From an uncultured Candidatus Saccharibacteria bacterium (GTDB lineage Bacteria > Patescibacteriota > Minisyncoccia > Phycocordibacterales > PALSA-1337): 64,000 nt of DNA. Position numbers and translations under genes: made by a program. Positions within the stretch are counted from its first letter, which is position 1. Every line of letters starts with the position of its first letter. Of this stretch, positions 46,615 to 56,776 are shown one piece after another. The notes beneath the pieces are model-generated. The model saw only the letters and a program-made list of their open reading frames with translations. It searched no databases and was not told the origin of the DNA. Where the stretch lies: the NCBI GenBank assembly GCA_964645315.1, contig CAZYBH010000004.1, forward strand, positions 853-64,852, read 5' to 3'.

Positions 46615-48144
46615 CTACCTCGCAAACTCGATTGTTCTAGTTTCACGAATGACGATAACTTTGATTTCACCAGGGTATTTGAGATCTTTTTCGATTTTGA
46701 GGGCTATATCTCGAGCTAGTGTTTTGGATTCTACATCGCCCAATTCTTCTGGTTTAACGAAAATACGTATTTCACGGCCAGCTTGTAGCGCATATGTCTT
46801 TTCTATTCCTGGGAATGAATTTGCCAATGCTTCTAGATCTGCAAGTCTCTTGAGGTAGTTTTCGATATTGTCTCTTCTTGCTCCTGGCCTTGCTCCAGAT
46901 ATAGCATCTGCGGTCTGGACTATGCGTGATTCGACGGTCTCATAAGGATATTCTTCATGATGAGCTTGCATGGCCTTGATAATATCTTCTGAGGCACCGA
47001 ATTTTTGTAATATACGACGACCGATCTCGACGTGAGTTCCAGCGACTTCATGATCGAGAGCCTTACCTATATCATGAAGTAGGGCACCGGCCTTTGCTAC
47101 ATGGACATTTGCTCCGAGCTCTTCTGCTATCATGCCGGCTATATGAGCCATCTCAACAGAGTGTTGTAAGACATTTTGACCGAAGCTTGTGCGGAAGTGC
47201 AAACGACCAAGGACAAGTAATATCCTTGGATCAAGACCGATAACTCCGCAATCATATGCAGCTTGTTCACCTTTTTCTTTGATTGTTTTGTTTATGTCTT
47301 GTTTTGCTTTTTCTACGATTTGCTCGATTTTGGCTGGTTGGATACGGCCATCTTTGATAAGTTCGGCTAAAGCAAGCTTTGCTACATGCCTTCTTACTGG
47401 GTCAAATGAAGATATTGTGATAGCTCCAGGTGTATCGTCGACCAAAACTTCGACTCCAGTTATCCTTTCGAAAGCTTTGATATTTCTACCTTCCTTTCCA
47501 ATAATCTTACCCTTTATATCATCGCTTGGAATCTCGAGGGTTGTGGACATGACATCTTGAGCCACTGATGAAGCAAGTCTTTGGATGGAAATAGCCAAGA
47601 TATCTTTTGCTTTTTGGGCAAGCATATCCTCACCCTGATTTTCGAGCTTATTTAGCCTTACCATTATGTCTTCTTCATGTTGTTTCTCGGCAAGCTTAAT
47701 AATCTGCTCTCTAGCTTCTTCGGTGGTCAATTTTGCTATGCGTTCTAATTCTTGCTTTCTTTCTTCTTCCAATTTATCGGTTTTCTCTCGAATAGCCTTG
47801 ATTTCGGCTACTCTCTGCTTGATCATTTCCACCTCTTTGTCTATATCTGATTGACGTTTGTCCAAAAGATCCTCTCTTTTCATGAGGCGATCTTCGGTTT
47901 GGTGGATTTTATCTTCTTTTTCTTTGATTTCTAACCTTGCATCATCGTGGATTTTGGTGGCTTTGGCTTCTGCATCGGCGGTGATCTTCTTGGCTTCTTC
48001 TTTGGCTGCAAGGAGCATCTCTTTGATCTCTAGCTCCATCGAACCCTTTTTGCCCAATGATATGATCAAACGCAAATAGTAACCAATAGCTACACCTGCT
48101 ATTCCAGCAATGGAAAGGTAAAGTGCGACTAATTTGAGTGACAT
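46615..48144 (-). CDS. rny: Ribonuclease Y
   Basis: N-terminal TM, coiled coil, KH KGKIIGKEGRNI, HD LLHDIGKA, ADAISGARPGAR. Confidence 0.97.
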   Translation of the reverse strand: MSLKLVALYLSIAGIAGVAIGYYLRLIISLGKKGSMELEIKEMLLAAKEEAKKITADAEAKATKIHDDARLEIKEKEDKIHQTEDRLMKREDLLDKRQSDIDKEVEMIKQRVAEIKAIREKTDKLEEERKQELERIAKLTTEEAREQIIKLAEKQHEEDIMVRLNKLENQGEDMLAQKAKDILAISIQRLASSVAQDVMSTTLEIPSDDIKGKIIGKEGRNIKAFERITGVEVLVDDTPGAITISSFDPVRRHVAKLALAELIKDGRIQPAKIEQIVEKAKQDINKTIKEKGEQAAYDCGVIGLDPRILLVLGRLHFRTSFGQNVLQHSVEMAHIAGMIAEELGANVHVAKAGALLHDIGKALDHEVAGTHVEIGRRILQKFGASEDIIKAMQAHHEEYPYETVESRIVQTADAISGARPGARRDNIENYLKRLADLEALANSFPGIEKTYALQAGREIRIFVKPEELGDVESKTLARDIALKIEKDLKYPGEIKVIVIRETRTIEFAR

Positions 48145-48466
48145 ATTCGGTTGGATTCGCCAAAAGCGAACTTCTATTGTGAATGTAACTTATGATCTTT
48201 TATGAAGGTTTCAAAATCAATATATTTCATAGGTTTATAACAATTTCAGTTCGTTAAAGCGATATCAAAATTAAAATTTAGTAACAAATTCATCTTATAA
48301 CTAAATGGAGTTATTGTCTAGTTTTTGTGATTTATAGGTAGGGTATGGAGGTATTTTCTTTGATTGTGGTTGAGAAAAATACTACTTCCGAACTTTACAT
48401 ACGGAAACTTGAAAAAAAGCGTCACATGATATATGATATGTCAATAAGCTTAATTATATAAATAAT

Positions 48467-49048
48467 ATGTTAATCCCTACAGTCATAGAAAAATCAAGTT
48501 TTGGCGAGCGAGCATACGATATATATTCGAGGCTTCTTCGAGATAATATTATTTTCTTGGGTGGCCCTATAGATGATCATTCAGCAAATCTTATTATTGC
48601 ACAGTTGCTATTCTTGCAATCCGAAGATCCAAAGAAAGACATTTATCTATATATCAATTCTCCAGGAGGCTCCGTAACATCGACATTGGCTATTATCGAT
48701 ACAATGAATCATATAAAGAACGACATATATACTGTTTGTGTCGGTATCGCTGCTTCTGGTGCTGCTTTGATCCTTTCATCTGGCACAAAAGGCAAGAGGA
48801 TGGCTTTACCAAATTCTGAAGTGATGATCCATCAGCCACTTGGTGGGGCAGAAGGTCAAGCTTCTGATATTGAGATTAGTGCAAAGCATATCTTGAAGAC
48901 AAGATCATCTCTAAATAAGCTCTTGGCAAAGAATACTGGTCAAAGTCTTTCAAGAATTGAGAAAGATGTCGATCGTGACTTCTTCATGGATGCAGAAGAA
49001 GCGAAGAAATACGGTATTATCGATCAGGTAGCATCAGTCAAGAAATAA
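48467..49048 (+). CDS. clpP: ATP-dependent Clp protease proteolytic subunit
   Basis: [37 protein letters not shown]. Confidence 0.97.
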   Translation: MLIPTVIEKSSFGERAYDIYSRLLRDNIIFLGGPIDDHSANLIIAQLLFLQSEDPKKDIYLYINSPGGSVTSTLAIIDTMNHIKNDIYTVCVGIAASGAALILSSGTKGKRMALPNSEVMIHQPLGGAEGQASDIEISAKHILKTRSSLNKLLAKNTGQSLSRIEKDVDRDFFMDAEEAKKYGIIDQVASVKK

Positions 49049-49053
49049 TAAAT

Positions 49054-49755
49054 ATGAGATTACACCGTTTCTATTTATCAGAGAAAATAGGTGATAGAAA
49101 AGAGGTGGCGATAAACTCGGCAGACTTTATTCATCAAGTCGGTCGAGTTTTTCGCTTGAATGTAGGTGATTTGATAATATTATTTGATGGTTCGGGAAGT
49201 GATTTTATTTCTACGATCAAAAATTTATCCAAAAGCGAAATAATTCTTGAAATAGTAGAAATCAGACCGAGCGAATACATGCCGAGTAAGAGAGTTTTTC
49301 TATTTCAGTCAATTATAAAGAAGGATAAATTTGAATGGGTAGTAGAAAAAGCTGCTGAGCTAGGAATTACTGATATTGTGCCAGTATTATCGGAAAGAAG
49401 TGAGAAAAAAGACTTGAATTTATATAGATTGAATAAAATAGCGATCGAAGCTAGTGAACAATGTCATAGAGGTGATGTGCCGGTAATCCATAATCCTATG
49501 AAATTAGATCTCGCAATCAGAAATAATTTTGATTGCAATATGGTGGTTATGCACATGGTCGGTGAAAATTTGTCTCTTATGAGGTTAAATCTGGCAAAAA
49601 GTGATATTGGAGTTTTCATAGGTCCTGAAGGAGGCTGGTCTCCTAGAGAATTGGAGATGTTTCACAGTGCAAATATACCTATATATAGCTTGGGTAAACA
49701 GGTTTTGAGAGCAGAAACAGCTTCAGTCTCTACTCTTTCTTTGTTAATGTTATAG
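49054..49755 (+). CDS. rsmE: 16S rRNA m3U1498 methyltransferase
   Basis: VFRL, EKAAELG, EASEQC, FIGPEGGW, LRAETA. Confidence 0.95.
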   Translation: MRLHRFYLSEKIGDRKEVAINSADFIHQVGRVFRLNVGDLIILFDGSGSDFISTIKNLSKSEIILEIVEIRPSEYMPSKRVFLFQSIIKKDKFEWVVEKAAELGITDIVPVLSERSEKKDLNLYRLNKIAIEASEQCHRGDVPVIHNPMKLDLAIRNNFDCNMVVMHMVGENLSLMRLNLAKSDIGVFIGPEGGWSPRELEMFHSANIPIYSLGKQVLRAETASVSTLSLLML

Positions 49756-49851
49756 CTTTTTTATTTTTCACTGGATAAAGTTTCACAAATACTTAGTATT
49801 TTTGATTTTGATAAATATCATTTTCATGTAAAATGATTGAGGAGGTTTCAC

Positions 49852-50094
49852 ATGATCGACATTGCAAGAATTACCAAAACTCTGCGCGAAGAAGGGTGTA
49901 CGGATGGTGTGATGCGGGAGGTGGTTCAATACTGCGAGAACCATCCTTCGGTATCACTTGCCGACATCGGTCGTTTTTTGAATACGATTGCTGCAAGGAA
50001 TGGGTATTCGGATTATCATGCGTTCGCGAGTCATGGATTTCGTCCTATCAAACGTGATGAACGTCTTGTTACGAAGATCTATTCTCCTGCGTGA
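49852..50094 (+). CDS. 80-aa ORFan
   Basis: Strong SD GAGGAGG before ATG 49852; followed by terminator; looks GC-richer than neighbours. Confidence 0.6.
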   Translation: MIDIARITKTLREEGCTDGVMREVVQYCENHPSVSLADIGRFLNTIAARNGYSDYHAFASHGFRPIKRDERLVTKIYSPA

Positions 50095-50121
50095 TACTCC
50101 GCAGGTTTACAGTGTGCGCAC

Positions 50122-50150
50122 AAAGCGGGATTTGATCCCGCTTTTGTTTT
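50122..50150. terminator. Terminator
   Basis: AAAGCGGGAT/ATCCCGCTTT followed by TGTTTT. Confidence 0.75.
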
Positions 50151-50151
50151 C

Positions 50152-51228
50152 CTACTTAACCCCCTCCAACATTGCAAATACCTTCTCATTTGTAAGCACG
50201 GTCTCGGCATATATGGCAGCGCGTTCGCGATCCGCATCTTTGTAGTGTTCGACAATATGATTTACTTCTTCATCAATCTCTTTTTGATCTGGCCTTATCT
50301 TTTCTGCGGAAGCGATAGAATTTAGAATGATTTGGAGCTTAGCTTTCTTTTCGGCATGAGGTGCCCAATCTTTTCTGATTTCATCTAGAGATTTTTTGGC
50401 ATGTTTGAGATAATCTTCAAGCTTGACGCCCATTCTTTCGATATCGCTTTCAAATTGAGCTTGGGTTCGGTCGATTTCGCTTTGAATCATGATTTCTGGT
50501 ATCTCTACAGATGTTTTTTCGGCAATAGCATCAGCAATCTTGATCCTGGTCTTTTCTTTTGCTTCATCGGTCTTATTTTGTCCGATCATTTCTCTAACTT
50601 TGGTCTTGAAGTCAGCGATATCTTTGAAATCACCCAAGGTCCTGACAAATTCATCATTAAATTCTGGTAGAGAATCCATAATGACTTTTTCATGTTCTTC
50701 TGGAGTCAATTTGTCATGATCATGATCTTCATGTGAGACTCTAGACTTTCGAATCTTCAATATAGCTTCATCGACATCCTTATCTTCTACTTTTATTTCA
50801 TTTTTTGATTCTTTTGTTGCTATATCTTTTGCAATCTTCTTGTAATCAGGAAGTTTAACTTCTGGCATAACAGCAGTTACGGCTTTGAATTCCAAAGGAT
50901 TACCATGAGCCAATTTTGTAATTTGGACCTGAGGTTTGCCGATAGCATCTATTTGATTGTCTATGACGATCTGAATATAGACTTTTGATAGGGCAATTTC
51001 TGCCATTTCTTCATTGATGACCTGTTCACCGACTTTACTTATAAGAATGTTTTCTGGCACCATGCCCTTGCGGAAACCGTCGATGGTAACAGTTTCATTA
51101 ATGTTTTTTAGGGCTTTATTTCTATTTTGCTCCCAAAATGAAGCGGGAATTGAAGCGACAATCTCGATTTGAGATTTATCAAGCTTAGTTATTTTTAGAT
51201 TTTCGTAGTTTTTATTTGTATTTGTCAT
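50152..51228 (-). CDS. tig: Trigger factor, apparently lacking the FKBP PPIase domain
   Basis: IDGFRKGMVP ribosome-binding motif; LPEFNDEF reached after a very short linker; start moved to ATG 51228. Confidence 0.9.
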   Translation of the reverse strand: MTNTNKNYENLKITKLDKSQIEIVASIPASFWEQNRNKALKNINETVTIDGFRKGMVPENILISKVGEQVINEEMAEIALSKVYIQIVIDNQIDAIGKPQVQITKLAHGNPLEFKAVTAVMPEVKLPDYKKIAKDIATKESKNEIKVEDKDVDEAILKIRKSRVSHEDHDHDKLTPEEHEKVIMDSLPEFNDEFVRTLGDFKDIADFKTKVREMIGQNKTDEAKEKTRIKIADAIAEKTSVEIPEIMIQSEIDRTQAQFESDIERMGVKLEDYLKHAKKSLDEIRKDWAPHAEKKAKLQIILNSIASAEKIRPDQKEIDEEVNHIVEHYKDADRERAAIYAETVLTNEKVFAMLEGVK

Positions 51229-51269
51229 GAAGGCCAGTCTATAGCAAGATTTGCTACTTGGCAAGTAAA

Positions 51270-51300
51270 CAAAAAACTGACATATTTTGTCAGTTTTTTG
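51270..51300 (-). terminator. Terminator
   Basis: CAAAAAACTGACA/TGTCAGTTTTTTG. Confidence 0.75.
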
Positions 51301-51318
51301 CTTTGATTTTGATAAAAA

Positions 51319-51699
51319 TTAAATTCCGGTCGAGTCTAAGCCCTTAATAGAGGCATTTAGATCACTTTGCAAGCTATCTACATCATCTTTTGTATTTGTG
51401 ATAGGGGTCAAAGTCTCTTGTGGAACTACGGCCTTGCTTGTTGTATCACTTACAACAGTATTTACATTTGCACCGGTCTGGGCCTGTTCATTTGTAGGGC
51501 TAACTACGGTGTATCTTGAAGAATACATATATATAGCAACGGCTATAATCACGACTACCGCAACAGCAATAGCGATGATCGGTCCAACTTTCTTTGGGTG
51601 ACTTGCATATTGCAATGGTTCTGGAGCAGGGCTTGGACTAGGTGCTGGAGATTGTGGCATTTGATAATTTTGATTTGATGACATATTTTGTGGGTCCAT
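51319..51699 (-). CDS. Single-TM protein, Pro-rich N-terminus
   Basis: VGPIIAIAVAVVVII TM; C-terminal DDVDSLQSDL. Confidence 0.75.
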   Translation of the reverse strand: MDPQNMSSNQNYQMPQSPAPSPSPAPEPLQYASHPKKVGPIIAIAVAVVVIIAVAIYMYSSRYTVVSPTNEQAQTGANVNTVVSDTTSKAVVPQETLTPITNTKDDVDSLQSDLNASIKGLDSTGI

Positions 51700-51716
51700 A
51701 TATTTATTTAATTAAA

Positions 51717-52697
51717 TTATTGATTTGTTGAACCAGTACTTGTACTAGGAGATTGACTTGGCTGTGTCTCTGGTCGGTCATTTCTTGGTGGATTCATACC
51801 AGAAATCTTGGCCAAAGCAACAACAGAATCATTTAGAGCTTTGTGAGCATCTTTTATGGCCATTTGAGCTTTTTCGACTAATTCTCTAACTGGACCCAAA
51901 GCTACTACTTTGAATGGAATCTTGCAGTTTTGCTGAGTTGAAGTGCTTGCATTGTTTTTGTTTAGACAAGGTGCGGGGCAGGTAGAATCCGTACAGTTTG
52001 CTGTTGTTGTACTTACTGCGGAATTTTCTGGCTTATATGCTTTGACCGCATCTACCGCACTCTTTGCTATAGCGAGTTTTTCATCTGCAATTTTGAGTAG
52101 ATTGTTGACTGAAGACATGTCTTTGTTTGAATTTCTATCCTTTTCTACTCTTGCCTGAATTCTTTTTCTCAATTCTGAGAGATTTCTTAGGGCAATATCG
52201 AGATTTTTTGTAACTTCATCTCTCTTTTGTTTGAGATTATCCAAGGCCATTTCTTTGACTTGTTCTCTTCGATCTTGTGGATCGTCTCTTCGGTCTTGTC
52301 TTTCATCTTGCCTATCTTCTCTTCGATCTTGCCTGTCTTCGATCCTCTCTTTCATGTTTTGGAATCGAGTGGATGTGCTTGTTGAAGCCAACTTCTGAAG
52401 CATTGGAGGTCTGCCTAGAGGTCCTCGAGGAGATGTTGTGGCTATTTTGTAGCCATTTTCGATCATTTGATTTCTAAATTCTTGATTGTTCTTTGCATTT
52501 TGCATCTTTGAATCAAGATCGGCCCTAATCTTCTCCCTGATTTGTGGGGGATTGACTGGTCTTGAGTCTAGGGTATTGGAAATACCAGTTGCTCCAGTCG
52601 TTTCAATGAGACTTTGAGCATTGGAGACCTTTGTACTTACTAATATTGATAATACTGCTAATAATACGAAACCTATAGGACTTGTTTTTATTTTCAT
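51717..52697 (-). CDS. Secreted coiled-coil protein with RQD/RED tetrapeptide repeats
   Basis: Signal peptide (SNA|Q); EDRQDRREDRQDERQDRRDD repeat; four-Cys loop. Confidence 0.75.
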   Translation of the reverse strand: MKIKTSPIGFVLLAVLSILVSTKVSNAQSLIETTGATGISNTLDSRPVNPPQIREKIRADLDSKMQNAKNNQEFRNQMIENGYKIATTSPRGPLGRPPMLQKLASTSTSTRFQNMKERIEDRQDRREDRQDERQDRRDDPQDRREQVKEMALDNLKQKRDEVTKNLDIALRNLSELRKRIQARVEKDRNSNKDMSSVNNLLKIADEKLAIAKSAVDAVKAYKPENSAVSTTTANCTDSTCPAPCLNKNNASTSTQQNCKIPFKVVALGPVRELVEKAQMAIKDAHKALNDSVVALAKISGMNPPRNDRPETQPSQSPSTSTGSTNQ

Positions 52698-52746
52698 ATA
52701 TATAATTGCCCATGAATAACATGGTTTAGTCTATTGTAACATTTCC

Positions 52747-52782
52747 AAACAAAAAATCCCCGAATACTGGGGATTCTTTGTT
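52747..52782 (-). terminator. Terminator after hppA
   Basis: AATCCCC/GGGGATT stem with A/T-rich flanks. Confidence 0.7.
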
Positions 52783-52798
52783 CTAATTTTGTAACAAA

Positions 52799-54784
52799 CT
52801 AGATAAGGAAAGCGACGATAAGTAGAGCAACAATGTTTAGGATCTTAATCATTGGATTGATAGCAGGTCCTGCTGTATCCTTGTATGGATCTCCGACTGT
52901 ATCTCCGGTGACTGCTGCTTTGTGAGCATCAGAGCCTTTTCCTCCATGATTGCCTTGCTCGATATGCTTCTTTGCATTATCCCAAGCACCTCCACCTGAA
53001 GTCATGGAAATCGCTACGAATAGACCAGTGATAATTGATCCGACCAAGAGACCGCCAAGAGCGATTGGTCCCAAGACGAAACCTACTACTATTGGAGCTA
53101 GGACTGGTATAAGAGCAGGAGCGATCATTTCTTTTATTGCTCCGCTTGTGACGATATCGACACATCGAGCATAATCTGGCTTTGCTGTTCCTTGCATTAT
53201 GCCCTTGATCTCACGGAACTGACGACGGACTTCATCGACGACTTTGCCTGCAGCTTTTCCTACAGCTTCCATACATAGAGCAGCGAAGTAATAAGGTAAT
53301 AGGCCTCCAATGAATAGACCAACAATAACCTTTGGATCACTTAGATTGAAGGTAATGTTTGAACCAATAGCTTCTGTATATGAGGCAAACAAGACAAGAG
53401 CGGCAAGTCCGGCAGAACCGATAGCATAACCCTTTGTAACGGCCTTTGTTGTGTTTCCGACTGCATCAAGAGGGTCAGTAATATCACGGATTTCTTTTGG
53501 AAGATCGGACATTTCTGCAATACCTCCAGCGTTATCTGTGATAGGTCCGTATGAGTCGATAGCAACGATGATACCCGCCATCGAAAGCATACTCATAGCG
53601 GCAATAGCGATACCGTAGAGACCGGCGAAATGATACGCAGCTAGAATACCAGCAACAATAGTAATCAAAGGCCAAGCGGTAGATTTCATAGAAATGGCCA
53701 AACCTTGGATAATGTTTGTTCCATGTCCAGAATTTGAAGCTTGAGCAATAGATTTTACAGGATAGTATTTTGTTGAGGTGTAATATTCTGTAATGAATAC
53801 TAATAGGGCTGTAACAATGAGACCAACAAGAGTTGTACCATATAGATTTAGGACGCTATAAGTACCGTTGCCCTTCATCATGACATTTGTAGTTGGGTAG
53901 AAAGCAAGAGCAGAAAGGATACCTGAAGCGATGAGTCCTTTGTACATAGCACCCATGATGTTTTGAGATTTGCCCAATTTGACAAACCAAGTACCGATAA
54001 TTGATGCAAATATTGCTATTGCACCCAAAGCCAGAGGGTAAAGAATAGCACTATCAAATGATTTGAATATTGTCGCACCCAAGATCATTGCAGCAATTGT
54101 AGTTACGGCATATGTCTCAAATAGGTCTGCGGCCATACCAGCACAGTCACCGACATTGTCACCGACATTGTCTGCGATAACACCAGGATTTCTTGGATCA
54201 TCTTCTGGAATACCAGCCTCTACTTTTCCGACTAAGTCTGTACCGACATCGGCTGCCTTTGTGAATATACCTCCACCAAGTCTAGCGAAGACGGAGATAA
54301 GACTAGAACCGAAAGCAAGACCAATCATTGAATCGACGTCTTTTGTGAAAGCATAGAATGCTGTTACACCCAAAAGAGCAAGACCTACGACTAGAAGTCC
54401 TGTAACGGATCCGCCCTTGAAAGCCAATGATAGGGCATTGCCAAGGCCGTGTTTTGCAGCCTCCGCAGTCCTAACATTTGTGCGGACTGATACATTCATG
54501 CCAATATAACCAGCCAAAGCCGATAATACAGCACCGACTACGAAACCGATGGCGATCTTGATGTCTAGGAAAATCCAAAGGACAATGAAGAGCACCAAAG
54601 CGATAATTGTAATGGTCTTGTACTGGCGATTTAGATAAGCTTTTGCTCCGGCCTGGATAGCGGAAGCGATTTCTCTCATCTTTTCGTTACCAGCAGGCTT
54701 TTTCATGATTGTTGAAACCAAGAAAAGTCCGTAAACGATTGCAATAATCGAAGCGATTAATGCGAAAATTTCTGACGTTTGCAT
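52799..54784 (-). CDS. hppA: Membrane pyrophosphatase, K+-independent H+-translocating type
   Basis: [35 protein letters not shown] (Lys indicates K+-independent), GDPYKDT. Confidence 0.95.
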   Translation of the reverse strand: MQTSEIFALIASIIAIVYGLFLVSTIMKKPAGNEKMREIASAIQAGAKAYLNRQYKTITIIALVLFIVLWIFLDIKIAIGFVVGAVLSALAGYIGMNVSVRTNVRTAEAAKHGLGNALSLAFKGGSVTGLLVVGLALLGVTAFYAFTKDVDSMIGLAFGSSLISVFARLGGGIFTKAADVGTDLVGKVEAGIPEDDPRNPGVIADNVGDNVGDCAGMAADLFETYAVTTIAAMILGATIFKSFDSAILYPLALGAIAIFASIIGTWFVKLGKSQNIMGAMYKGLIASGILSALAFYPTTNVMMKGNGTYSVLNLYGTTLVGLIVTALLVFITEYYTSTKYYPVKSIAQASNSGHGTNIIQGLAISMKSTAWPLITIVAGILAAYHFAGLYGIAIAAMSMLSMAGIIVAIDSYGPITDNAGGIAEMSDLPKEIRDITDPLDAVGNTTKAVTKGYAIGSAGLAALVLFASYTEAIGSNITFNLSDPKVIVGLFIGGLLPYYFAALCMEAVGKAAGKVVDEVRRQFREIKGIMQGTAKPDYARCVDIVTSGAIKEMIAPALIPVLAPIVVGFVLGPIALGGLLVGSIITGLFVAISMTSGGGAWDNAKKHIEQGNHGGKGSDAHKAAVTGDTVGDPYKDTAGPAINPMIKILNIVALLIVAFLI

Positions 54785-55009
54785 TTTATTAATTGTTACT
54801 ATTAATTAAACAATATGACGGATTTTAGCAGAAATTAGGCCATTTGTTATATTGACACAGTATATATTATGTATTGCCGTTATTTAAATAAAATTTCATT
54901 TTTCAAAAAAATTCTATATTTTTATGAAAGTTTTTTATTACAATAAAATATTATTTCTGAATAGATTTCATTTTAATTACTAATGATATAATTATCCTGC
55001 CTGCCAAAG

Positions 55010-55366
55010 ATGCAAAACAATATGATAAACAAAAATAACACTTTGGTTTCGAAGCACGAGCTTTTGGATTATGTATCCAAGAGAGATTTCAACGATTTTG
55101 TCGAAGAAATGAGAGATTTTAGGGATGTTACTGGTACTAGATTCAATTCAGTAGATATAAGGTTTGAATCTATAGAAAGAAGACTAGATTCAATCGAAAG
55201 GAGACTAGATAACCTCGAAAGAAGATTTGATGAATTAAAAAATGACTTTAGGATTCAAGTTGGGGCAGTACTCGATCAATTCAAAGAAAATATGAAGATA
55301 AATATGGAGTATATGCAGGGATTAGAATCCAGACTCTTGCTCAAGATCGGCGAAAGATATTCATGA
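55010..55366 (+). CDS. Coiled-coil heptad-repeat protein
   Basis: RFNSVDI/RFESIER/RLDSIER/RLDNLER/RFDELKN encoded by degenerate 21-nt repeats. Confidence 0.75.
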   Translation: MQNNMINKNNTLVSKHELLDYVSKRDFNDFVEEMRDFRDVTGTRFNSVDIRFESIERRLDSIERRLDNLERRFDELKNDFRIQVGAVLDQFKENMKINMEYMQGLESRLLLKIGERYS

Positions 55367-55379
55367 TCCAAAACTACAA

Positions 55380-55406
55380 ACAAAAAAGGCTCTAAGCCTT
55401 TTTTGT
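55380..55406. terminator. Bidirectional terminator
   Basis: ACAAAAAAGGCT/AGCCTTTTTTGT between convergent genes. Confidence 0.75.
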
Positions 55407-55424
55407 GAATATTCTATTACTAGA

Positions 55425-56582
55425 TTATTTTGTGTTCTCTTCGGTTTCAGGTAGCTCTATTTCTTCTGCACTACCTATAGCTTTTATGTCTATCTTCCAG
55501 CCAGTAAGTTTTGCTGCTAAGCGTACATTTTGGCCACCTTTACCGATAGCTAGAGATTGTTCATCTTCGGTAACAGTAACTATTGCTTTGTGGTCTTTCT
55601 CATCAAGTTCAAGTGATACTACTTCTGCTGGTGATAGAGCCTCTTCGATAAATAGGGCAGGATCTTCATTCCACTCTACTATATCGATTTTTTCTCCAGA
55701 TAGTTCGCTTGTAACTGTTGTAACTCTGACGCCTCTTTGACCAACCATAGAACCTATTGGGTCGATATGAGAATCATGAGAAATTACGGCAATCTTGGAT
55801 CTAGAGCCTGGTTCGCGAGCAATGCTCTTTATTTCGACTATACCAGAAGCGATTTCTGGTGTTTCTGTTTCAAATAGCTTTGCTAAGAATTTTGGATGAG
55901 CTCTTGAGAGCTTGAGAACGATGCCTTTTGGAGATTCTTCTACGGCATATAGATATGCGCGGATTCTGTCTCCAGTCTTCCAGTGTTCGGATGGGATCTG
56001 TTCTTCGTAAGGTATAAGGCCCAAAGCTCGTCCCATATCGACATAGATCACACCTCTTTCTACTCTTTCGACTGTACCGACGACTATTTGACCCTCTTTT
56101 TCGCCATATTCTCCCATAACTGAGACTTTTTCGGCTTCGCGGATCTTTTGAATTATGACCTGTTTTGCTGTTTGAGCGGCAATTCTTCCGAAATCAGCTT
56201 TATTTTCGAGTGGGAAGATTATTTCATCTCCAACTACTGCATCACGCTTGATCCTTTGTGCATCTTCAAGAAGCATGTGCTGTTCTGGATTAAAGCGGAT
56301 CTTGATATCTTCAAGATTTGCATCTTTGAGATTTTCTTCCACTTCTTCATCGCCCTCCATGATGACTTGGTTGCGGTCTACTACTATTTTGACCTGCCAA
56401 AACTCGACACTTCCAGAATTATTGTCGAAAGAGGCGCGTACTATCTGGCCTTTTTTGCCGTACTCTTTTTTGTAAGCTGTGGCAAGAGCCATAGAAATAG
56501 CTTCTAGGCTTTTTTCCCTAGGGATACCACGCTCTTCTTCGAGCTGTTGTACGACAGAATTTATTACTTTTAGATCGAACAT
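55425..56582 (-). CDS. nusA: Transcription termination factor NusA
   Basis: FGRIAAQTAKQVI, AREPGSRSKIAV, GQRGVRV, SLAIGKGGQNVRLAAKLTGWKIDI. Confidence 0.97.
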   Translation of the reverse strand: MFDLKVINSVVQQLEEERGIPREKSLEAISMALATAYKKEYGKKGQIVRASFDNNSGSVEFWQVKIVVDRNQVIMEGDEEVEENLKDANLEDIKIRFNPEQHMLLEDAQRIKRDAVVGDEIIFPLENKADFGRIAAQTAKQVIIQKIREAEKVSVMGEYGEKEGQIVVGTVERVERGVIYVDMGRALGLIPYEEQIPSEHWKTGDRIRAYLYAVEESPKGIVLKLSRAHPKFLAKLFETETPEIASGIVEIKSIAREPGSRSKIAVISHDSHIDPIGSMVGQRGVRVTTVTSELSGEKIDIVEWNEDPALFIEEALSPAEVVSLELDEKDHKAIVTVTEDEQSLAIGKGGQNVRLAAKLTGWKIDIKAIGSAEEIELPETEENTK

Positions 56583-56633
56583 ATTTAGTTTTTATTTAAT
56601 TGTTATTTAATTGTAAGTTTGTTAATTGACCTA

Positions 56634-56664
56634 TTAACAAAAGATTCGCCACAAGGCGAACTTC
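56634..56664 (-). promoter_or_regulatory. Terminator-like attenuator in nusA leader
   Basis: GTTCGCC-TTGT-GGCGAAT followed by CTTTTGTT, just after a TGa-TACACT -10. Confidence 0.5.
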
Positions 56665-56776
56665 ATACTCCTATAGTGTATCACAAATATTAGAAAAAGC
56701 AATACCTGGAGGATGTCTGACATTCTAGGAGAATCCCCAAGAGATTTAATTTTTTATATTTGATATAATTGTTACG

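Noticed and set aside
46423-46719. 98-aa + strand ORF
   Set aside because: TTG start inside a structured RNA, runs through a terminator and overlaps rny antisense
54851-54878. dif-like TATATATTATGT upstream of hppA
   Set aside because: Weak match in a very AT-rich promoter region
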